NCBI GenBank assembly: GCA_002840095.1
Contig: PGZL01000008.1
Location: 389,790 to 453,789 of the forward strand
Length of the DNA stretch: 64,000 bases
Reading direction: 5' to 3'
DNA from: Gammaproteobacteria bacterium HGW-Gammaproteobacteria-1
Lineage (GTDB): Bacteria; Pseudomonadota; Gammaproteobacteria; Thiohalomonadales; Thiohalomonadaceae
Positions 1 to 6,256 of this stretch are shown one piece after another. The first letter of the stretch is position 1, and every line of letters starts with the position of its first letter. Position numbers and translations under genes: made by a program. The notes beneath the pieces were generated by a model. It had not been told where the DNA came from, ran no database searches, and worked only from the letters and a program-made list of their open reading frames with translations.

Positions 1-2
1 GC

Positions 3-1265
3 GGCGATGCCTTCGGCGCGGTGATGGTGGAACTGATTTCGCCGGATCGGCGCGAGGTGACCAATACCGAATTCATCCGCGCCTGGCAGGCGAAGGTGGC
101 GCCGGTTCCGGGCCTGGAAACCTTTGCGGTGGGTGCGCGCATGAGCGGGCCGCCGGGCCGCGATCTGGAGATCCGCCTCACCGGCCCGGATGTCGAGAGC
201 CTGAAGGCGGCGGCGCTGGACCTGACCGGCGTGCTGAACAACTACACCGGCGTATCGGCGGTGGAGGACGACATGCCCTTCGGCCGCGAGCAGCTCATCT
301 ACCGGCTTACGCCGGAAGGCCGCGCCGCGGGACTGACGGTGGAGGCGGTGGGACGGCAGTTGCGCGCCGCCTTCGACGGCCGTATCGCGCAGATCTACCA
401 GGACGGCCTGGACGAAATTGAGGTGCGCGTGGTGTTGCCGGACAACGAGCGTCACCGCATGGCCGGCCTGGAGCGTTTCGCCATCTTCCTGCCCGACGGC
501 CGCAGCCTGCCCTTCGGCACTGTCGCCGAGCTGGTGTCGCGCCAGGGCTTCGAGGCCCTGCGCCACGCCGACAGTCGCCTCGCGGTGCAGGTGTCCGGCG
601 ACGTGGACCGCACGCAGAACAATGCCGGCCGCATCATCGCCTCCTTGCAGGACGGCGTGCTGCCCGAGCTGGCGGCGCGTTACGGCATCGATTATTCGTT
701 CCAGGGCCGCGCCGCCGATCAGGCGGAGACCATCGGTGACATGAAGATGGGACTGGTGTTCGCGTTGCTGGGGATCTACGTCACCCTGGCCTGGGTGTTC
801 GGTTCCTACGGCTGGCCGCTGGTGGTGATGGCGATTATTCCCTTCGGCATCCTCGGCGCGCTGGTGGGGCACTGGGTGATGGGTACCGAGCTGACTGTGC
901 TGTCGCTGTTCGGGCTGTTCGGCCTCACCGGCATCGTGGTCAACAACTCCATCATCCTGGTGAGTTTCTATCAGGCATTGCGTGATGAGGGCATGGACAC
1001 CGGTGCCGCCATCGTCGAGGCTTCATGCCAGCGCCTGCGCGCCGTACTGCTCACCTCGCTGACCACCATAGTCGGCCTGGTGCCGCTGCTGTTCGAGCGC
1101 TCGTTGCAGGCCCAGTTCCTGATCCCCATGGCCATTTCGCTGGTGTTCGGCCTGGCCGTCGCCACCGCCCTGGTGCTGGTGGTGATCCCGGCGCTGCTGT
1201 CCTGGCACGAGCAATGGGCGGAAAGCTTCGCTGCCTGGCGCGGCAGGGTATCCGAACACGTCTAG
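3..1265 (+). CDS. RND efflux transporter permease (AcrB/CzcA superfamily), C-terminal ~420 aa; 5' end outside window
   Basis: Frame is open to the window edge. A periplasmic porter-type segment is followed by a hydrophobic C-terminal bundle with RND-typical stretches (GLVFALLGIYVTLAWVFGSYGWPLVVM, IVVNNSIILVSF, RLRAVLLTSLTTIVGLVPLLF). Confidence 0.85.
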   Translation, partial: GDAFGAVMVELISPDRREVTNTEFIRAWQAKVAPVPGLETFAVGARMSGPPGRDLEIRLTGPDVESLKAAALDLTGVLNNYTGVSAVEDDMPFGREQLIYRLTPEGRAAGLTVEAVGRQLRAAFDGRIAQIYQDGLDEIEVRVVLPDNERHRMAGLERFAIFLPDGRSLPFGTVAELVSRQGFEALRHADSRLAVQVSGDVDRTQNNAGRIIASLQDGVLPELAARYGIDYSFQGRAADQAETIGDMKMGLVFALLGIYVTLAWVFGSYGWPLVVMAIIPFGILGALVGHWVMGTELTVLSLFGLFGLTGIVVNNSIILVSFYQALRDEGMDTGAAIVEASCQRLRAVLLTSLTTIVGLVPLLFERSLQAQFLIPMAISLVFGLAVATALVLVVIPALLSWHEQWAESFAAWRGRVSEHV

Positions 1266-1287
1266 GAGCCGGAGCTTCCCCGGCATG

Positions 1288-1373
1288 TAGGATGGGTAGA
1301 GCGCAGCGAAACCCATCATTGGCGCTTCGATGATCACCGGGTGATGGGTTTCGCTTTGCTCTACCCATCCTAC
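1288..1373. repeat. Inverted pair of GTAG-type REPs (GTAGGATGGGTAGAGCGCAGCGAAACCCATC)
   Basis: Left arm at 1288-1317 and reverse-complement arm at 1343-1373. The same REP recurs three times in 62098-62560. Confidence 0.85.
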
Positions 1374-1422
1374 GAAAGACTGTTCGGTCCTTAGGGTGGA
1401 TCTGTCCCGGGCGGAGGGCAAT

Positions 1423-1452
1423 GTCGGATTACGCTGCGCTAACCCGACCTAC
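1423..1452 (-). repeat. Single REP (GTAGGTCGGGTTAGCGCAGCGTAATCCGAC on minus strand)
   Basis: A GTAG head plus a stem-loop with an AGCGCAGCG loop. Confidence 0.7.
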
Positions 1453-1479
1453 ATTGTTTTGTATCTTCCGTCTTCTCCT

Positions 1480-2046
1480 TTACTTCACGCCCTTGTCGCG
1501 CAAAAAGCCGCTGTAGCCCTGATCGGTGCCGTTGATGTGGTTGAGCAGCCACTTCTTGAGGAACTGCACCGCCTCTTCGATGGTGTCCTGCGGCTTGTCG
1601 TTGTAGCGCCGCATCAGTTCGTCGACCTTGGCGATCATCGCGGTGTGTTCGCCCTGGTGGGCGGTGAACGCGGGATAACCGTGGGTCTGCATCAATTCCT
1701 CTTCGCGCCGGAAGTGGGTCTTGGTGTAGTCCACCAGCGCATCGAAGGCTTCGCGCTCGTACTGCGGGTCGGTCTGGTAGTGGGCCGCGGTCTGCAACTG
1801 GTTGATGAGGTTGAGCAGCTTCTTGTGATCGTTGTCGATGGCCTCGATGCCGACGCTGTAGGAGTCCTGCCATTCCAGGAAGCGGTTGGCGACGATCCGC
1901 TTGTGGATGTAGGGCACCAGCGCCAGCACGATGATCAGGCCCCATGACACCGGGTTAAAAACGCTGACCATGAAGCCGAGCAGGATCACGGTGATGACGA
2001 TCAACAGCAGCAGCGCCAGGCCGAACATGCTCCATTGCTTGTTCAT
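1480..2046 (-). CDS. Membrane-anchored bacteriohemerythrin-domain protein
   Basis: Two N-terminal hydrophobic helices, then a hemerythrin/HHE pattern (WQDSYSVGIEAIDNDHKKL, HFRREEELM, HQGEHTAM, WLLNHINGTD). ATG at 2046 sits behind a G-rich SD; the track ORF start at 2070 is the alternative. Confidence 0.8.
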   Translation of the reverse strand: MNKQWSMFGLALLLLIVITVILLGFMVSVFNPVSWGLIIVLALVPYIHKRIVANRFLEWQDSYSVGIEAIDNDHKKLLNLINQLQTAAHYQTDPQYEREAFDALVDYTKTHFRREEELMQTHGYPAFTAHQGEHTAMIAKVDELMRRYNDKPQDTIEEAVQFLKKWLLNHINGTDQGYSGFLRDKGVK

Positions 2047-2157
2047 GTGTACCCCCGGATGAGTTGGCAATAGATGACTCGGCAGGGTATCCCTGCCGCA
2101 CTGCCGGTCATTGTGGGTAAGGGCGGGCCGGGGTTACTTGATCTGGGTCAAGGCAGC

Positions 2158-2586
2158 TCAGGCGCCGCATCCGGATGGCGTTCGCAGGGTCGCCGGGCCG
2201 GCGCCGACGATGGCGGAGTGATGCCGGGCTGCGGCATTCAGGGCCTGGTCCAGCACCATGCCCGCTTCGACGCCGTCCATGATCAGGCGCTGCAGGATGG
2301 CGCCGAGCATGGCGATGTTGTCGCGCATGTGTTCCTTGATGGGTTGCAGTATGTGCACGTCCAGCGGCGGGTCTTCCGGCAGGGTCCGTGCGAAGGCGGC
2401 GAAGTCGCGGCCGGTGGCCAGCCAGTAGCACATGTCGTAAATCAAATCGAAGGATTGCTGGAAGGCGGCCGGGTCGTCCGTGCCGAGGTTGGCGCGCAAT
2501 TCTTCCGCCAAATCGTTGCGGAACTGTTCCAGGCCGTAGCCGATCTCGCCTTTGACGATGTGTTCCGGGCTGAAGTCCCATTGCAT
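2158..2586 (-). CDS. Hypothetical 142-aa cytoplasmic protein (no family recognised)
   Basis: ATG at 2586 is preceded by AGGAGA. The gene starts 18 nt downstream of the stop of the ferredoxin gene on the same strand. Codon usage is consistent with its neighbours. Confidence 0.55.
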   Translation of the reverse strand: MQWDFSPEHIVKGEIGYGLEQFRNDLAEELRANLGTDDPAAFQQSFDLIYDMCYWLATGRDFAAFARTLPEDPPLDVHILQPIKEHMRDNIAMLGAILQRLIMDGVEAGMVLDQALNAAARHHSAIVGAGPATLRTPSGCGA

Positions 2587-2603
2587 GATTCTTCTCCTGT
2601 GGG

Positions 2604-3695
2604 TTAGCCGAAGATGGCGCTGAAGCTGTCGTTGTCGTCATCGCACACGGGGCAGCCGTCGCCGGCGTCCGTGGTGACATACAGGCGCCCGCAGCGTTCG
2701 CAACGCCGCCGCGGCACCACGTGCAGGTTGCGTACCGCCGCGGCGGCGGTGACGGTTTCCGCCAGGCGCAGGGCGCCGCGGTGGCAGGACTCCACGCACA
2801 CGCCGCAGCCCACGCAGCGCGGCGGGTTGAGACGCAGCACCCAGGCGGTGGCGGTCTCGCCAGCGACCAGGGCGCCGGTGGGACAGACCCGGCCGCAGGT
2901 TTCGCAGGCGGTGCAGGCGGCGGGATCAATCACCGGTACGCCGGCCGGCAGGGCGGGATGGGCGGGCAGCGCGGCGTCTTCGCCGGCGCCGTTGACGAGC
3001 AGGGCCTGCAGCAGTTCGCGCCGCGAAGGCAGGAAGGGCGCGGCGGCGCGTATGGCCCTGGCCGGTACCGGCGCCTGATCCTGAACCGGGTGTTGCAGCT
3101 GATCGATGCCGCGGCCGAACAGGCGGCGGAAGAACTGCCGTCGCTGCGGCTGTGCCTTTACCGCATTGGGGGCGGCATCGGCCAGCGTTACCTCGCCCCA
3201 GCGCACGCCGGGCGCTGCGGCGCGCAGCAGGGTCACGGCATCGAGCACCTGTGCCAGGGCCTCGGCGCCGGCGGTGCCGTGGGCGCAGTCGGCGCAGTGG
3301 TCGTGGCCAAGGAGTTCCACCTGGGTGCCGCGCGCCAGCAGGGCGGCGAAGGTGACCGGATCCAGCGCGCCCAGGCAGGGCGCGATGGCGGGGGCTTCAC
3401 GATCCGAGGGGGCGCAGGCGATGGTCAGCCGGTTGCCCGCGCGGGACAGTTCCAGCCAGTCGCGCCAGGGCAGGTTCTCCGCCTGCAAGGCGCCGGTGGG
3501 GCAGGCGCCGGCGCACAGGCCGCAGTTCCGGCAACGCTCCTGGCTCAGTTCGAAACCTTCTTCATCGAGCGCCAGCGCTTCGTGGGGACAGGCGGTGGCG
3601 CAGCTGTCGCATTCGCTGTAACGGAAGCGATAACGGGTGCAGCGCGCGGGGTGGGTGCGGGGATAGGCGCTGAGGTTGGCGGCAGGCGTGCTCAT
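2604..3695 (-). CDS. Cytoplasmic poly-ferredoxin (4Fe-4S dicluster domains x2) with C-terminal Zn-ribbon-like knuckles
   Basis: Motifs CDSCATACP, CRNCGLCAGACP, CTACETCGRVCP and CVGCGVCVESCH, plus CERCGR...CPVCDDD. No signal peptide. Its start overlaps the upstream stop (ATGA at 3692-3695). Confidence 0.8.
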   Translation of the reverse strand: MSTPAANLSAYPRTHPARCTRYRFRYSECDSCATACPHEALALDEEGFELSQERCRNCGLCAGACPTGALQAENLPWRDWLELSRAGNRLTIACAPSDREAPAIAPCLGALDPVTFAALLARGTQVELLGHDHCADCAHGTAGAEALAQVLDAVTLLRAAAPGVRWGEVTLADAAPNAVKAQPQRRQFFRRLFGRGIDQLQHPVQDQAPVPARAIRAAAPFLPSRRELLQALLVNGAGEDAALPAHPALPAGVPVIDPAACTACETCGRVCPTGALVAGETATAWVLRLNPPRCVGCGVCVESCHRGALRLAETVTAAAAVRNLHVVPRRRCERCGRLYVTTDAGDGCPVCDDDNDSFSAIFG

Positions 3696-4129
3696 TGGGC
3701 CTCGAAGACGTGCGCCGGTTCACCGGGCTGGCAGGTGTCGCGGGGGATGACGAAGCCGTAGGAGGAGGTGTCCTCCACCGGGGCGCTGAGATAGGCATCG
3801 CGTGCCGCTTCATAGGCGGCAAGCCCGCCGGCGGCGACATAGGCGCGGACCCCGTCATCGCGCTTTTCCAGCGTCTCGGCGATGGCCAGCGCCTGATCGT
3901 CGCGGTCGCCCACGATCAGCACCACGCCGCGACGGGCGCGGGTGGCGGCACCGTAGACGACGGCGCCGGCGAGGGGAGCGGTTCGCTGCTTTTCGCTGCG
4001 TGCGTCCAGCAGTTGCAGGCTCAGGCCGTAGTCGTTCATCAATTTGATCATGACCTCGTTGTCGGCCAGTTCGGCGGCAGGCAGTGCGGTGGATAACAGG
4101 AGCAATGCGATGACTGGAAGCGATCTCAT
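3692..4129 (-). CDS. Secreted rhodanese-homology-domain protein lacking the catalytic Cys
   Basis: Internal ATG at 4129 of the 488-aa track ORF gives a signal peptide (MRSLPVIALLLLSTALPAAE). A rhodanese-like core follows (LLDARSE...VVLIVGDRDDQALAIAETL...AAGGLAAYEAA), but the active-site loop reads VGDRDDQ instead of CxxxxxR. ATGA overlaps occur at both ends. Confidence 0.6.
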   Translation of the reverse strand: MRSLPVIALLLLSTALPAAELADNEVMIKLMNDYGLSLQLLDARSEKQRTAPLAGAVVYGAATRARRGVVLIVGDRDDQALAIAETLEKRDDGVRAYVAAGGLAAYEAARDAYLSAPVEDTSSYGFVIPRDTCQPGEPAHVFEAQ

Positions 4130-4830
4130 CCGTCTTGTGTCGTAGTGGGGGCGACTGTGGGAACGGCCGCCGCGAGCCGTTCCAGTTCGACCGCCGTGCA
4201 GGTGTCGGCGTTCACGACGAGTTGCCGCGCGCCGCCGTCGCGTATCCATTCGGCCGGGTCGCCGGCTGCATCGGCGAATGTCAGCCACAGGCGGTCGCCG
4301 ATTTCCTCGCTCAGTTCGGCACAGATACCGAGATCGTCCTCTGTCGCCTGGTGCAGGGAAAGCAGCAACTGTTCCACGCCCAGCCGCGCCATTTCGCGCG
4401 CGAACCAGGCGGCGTCGGTGCCGGTGCCCGTACCGTCGGCCAGCAGCAGTTCCCAGCGCGGTACCGGGCAGGTGGGCATGATGAAGCTGAAGTCGGCGTT
4501 GGATTCGCGATTGATCGACCAGCTTACTTCCATGCGCCGGGCCGGCAGCCACAGGCCGACGCGCTGGGCGCCGAAGCGGGCGATGGCCTCCTGCACCAGG
4601 GCGGTATCGAGCAGGGCCGTCTCGCCCAGCAGAACGCGGCGGGCGCCGGCGGCGAGCAGCGTGTCGGCCCGCGCCAGGGTGCCGCGCTCCATGACGACAT
4701 GGGCGCCGGCGCAGACGGGCGCCCCGGTTTCGTCGTCGAACATGAACAGCGGGTGGTCGGGCGGCGCGAAGCCGGGCGCCGACCAGGCGCCGACGGTGAG
4801 GGTGGCGGCAGAGGGCAGCGCGGCGTTCAT
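4126..4830 (-). CDS. HisA/HisF-like TIM-barrel family protein
   Basis: ATG at 4830. The segment RADTLLAAGARRVLLGETALLDTALVQEAIARFGAQRVGLWL resembles the HisA/HisF beta-alpha barrel signature. The gene is translationally coupled on both sides. Confidence 0.5.
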   Translation of the reverse strand: MNAALPSAATLTVGAWSAPGFAPPDHPLFMFDDETGAPVCAGAHVVMERGTLARADTLLAAGARRVLLGETALLDTALVQEAIARFGAQRVGLWLPARRMEVSWSINRESNADFSFIMPTCPVPRWELLLADGTGTGTDAAWFAREMARLGVEQLLLSLHQATEDDLGICAELSEEIGDRLWLTFADAAGDPAEWIRDGGARQLVVNADTCTAVELERLAAAVPTVAPTTTQDG

Positions 4831-5213
4831 ACGGCGATCCGGTTGGTCTGGAAGGACAGGGGCGGCGCGCCCAGCCACAGCGTCTGCGACTTGCCGTCGA
4901 GCCGGTCGCGCAGGGCGCGCACGCCCTCCAGGATCGGGCCGATGCGCAGGCCGGCATAGGCCGGAGCGAATTCGGGCAGGGTGCGCAGGGCATCGTCCAC
5001 GAACAGTTCGGCGCTCTCGTTATTGCGTTCGGCGGCGAAGTGAAAGGCCAGGGCGGCGAAGGCCATGGCCTGGAGGAAGCGCGCCAGCACGTCGCGTTCG
5101 CCGCTGCTGCTTTCCTGGATGATGCGTGACCAGCGTTCGTTGATCCAGTCGTGCACAACGTACATGTCGCCGCTGTTCCAGTAGTCGGCCAGTTCGTCCC
5201 ATAGCAGGAGCAT
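4827..5213 (-). CDS. DUF309-like small helical protein
   Basis: ATG at 5213 behind GAGGA. The stretch WNSGDMYVVHDWINERW...RDVLARFLQAMAFAALAFHFAAE resembles the DUF309 'HExxEexW ... lqGliq.A' pattern. Confidence 0.45.
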   Translation of the reverse strand: MLLLWDELADYWNSGDMYVVHDWINERWSRIIQESSSGERDVLARFLQAMAFAALAFHFAAERNNESAELFVDDALRTLPEFAPAYAGLRIGPILEGVRALRDRLDGKSQTLWLGAPPLSFQTNRIAV

Positions 5214-5233
5214 GGTGGTGTCCTCGCTCGGTA

Positions 5234-5983
5234 TCAGGCGCCGCAGCGCATGGGTTCGTCGGCGCCGGCCAGGGGCGGCAACTCCATCCTGCCCTGGTCC
5301 TCGTCGGTGACGTCCAGGCCCAGCAGCTCCAGTTCGAACGCGGCGAAGGCGTCGAGCAGCATGGCCGTCTCGCGGTAGAAAGAGTGGCTGGCTGCGCGCT
5401 CCACCAGGGCGGCATAGCCGCGCACCCAACGGCCCAGGTGCTGGGCCCAGAAACGCTTGACGCTCTTCTCCAGCCGGCGCTGCTCCTGGTTGTCGCCGCG
5501 CTGCATGGCGATGACGATGCGGTCCATCAGCGCGGCGATGAATTGCAGCTCCACGCCCAGCTGATCGTCAAATACCTGGAAACGGCCCGCACCGACGGAA
5601 AAACCCTCCTTGGCGTAGAACTCGCGTGCGGCAAAGCAAGGGTCTTGCTGAAAACCGCCTTTCAGGCGTACCGATTCCACCGGCGGAAAGCCGCCCGAGG
5701 AGGCGAACAGTACGGTGTATTCGCAGGCCAGGGTTTCCTGCAGTTCGTCCGGCGTGGGATCGATGAAATCGTTGTCGAAGGTGACGCCCAGTTCGGCGAG
5801 CGCCTCCAGTGATTCGGGGGTACGCAGGGCCGCCAGATAGTCGCGGCCGGGTTCTTCGATAAAGGCACCGGCGAGCAGCCGGTAATAGTGGGCGCGCGCG
5901 GCATATTCCTCCGCGGTACAGGCGGCGGGGGCAACGGCCTCCTGGCGCACGATCTCCAGGGGAATGGTGAACAGGTCCGACAT
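5234..5983 (-). CDS. TorD/DmsD-family redox-enzyme maturation chaperone
   Basis: ATG at 5983 behind GGAGG. TorD-like pattern present (YRLLAGAFIEEP..., EYTVLFASSGGFPPVESV, DDQLGVELQFIAALM, FWAQHLGRWV, FYRETAMLLDAF). It lies downstream of the molybdoenzyme gene. Confidence 0.75.
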   Translation of the reverse strand: MSDLFTIPLEIVRQEAVAPAACTAEEYAARAHYYRLLAGAFIEEPGRDYLAALRTPESLEALAELGVTFDNDFIDPTPDELQETLACEYTVLFASSGGFPPVESVRLKGGFQQDPCFAAREFYAKEGFSVGAGRFQVFDDQLGVELQFIAALMDRIVIAMQRGDNQEQRRLEKSVKRFWAQHLGRWVRGYAALVERAASHSFYRETAMLLDAFAAFELELLGLDVTDEDQGRMELPPLAGADEPMRCGA

Positions 5984-6007
5984 GGTAACCCTCCGATGAT
6001 CCAGGTG

Positions 6008-6212
6008 TAGAGAGAGATACAAGTTACAAGCCATGTAGGGTGGATAAGCGGAGCGCATCCACCGGGAGAGAGATAAAAGATACAAGTTACAAGATGCAAG
6101 TGAATGAACCCGCTGCGCGCGTGCTGTTTGAAATGCGAACAATCATGCGCGCAGCGCAGTCATCCTTCTGTATCTCTCCTCTTTTCTCTTTCCTCTTTGC
6201 TCTTGTATCTGC
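6008..6212. repeat. Composite palindromic element (TACAAG-type arms + conserved core) with an inserted REP
   Basis: Arms at 6011-6030/6064-6100 and 6166-6210. Core CGCTGCGCGC...GTTTGAA...GCGCAGCG at 6101-6165. REP GTAGGGTGGATAAGCGGAGCGCATCCACC at 6035-6063. Confidence 0.8.
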
Positions 6213-6256
6213 GTTCGGCGAAGACGCCCGCCCCGGAGGGCGGGCGCTTCGGTCCA

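Noticed and set aside
3692-5158. The 488-aa single ORF in the track.
   Set aside because: Only its last 145 codons, from the ATG at 4129, make a sensible protein (signal peptide plus rhodanese fold). The upstream part overlaps two better genes in other frames (4126-4830 and 4827-5213) and is Arg/Pro-rich noise.
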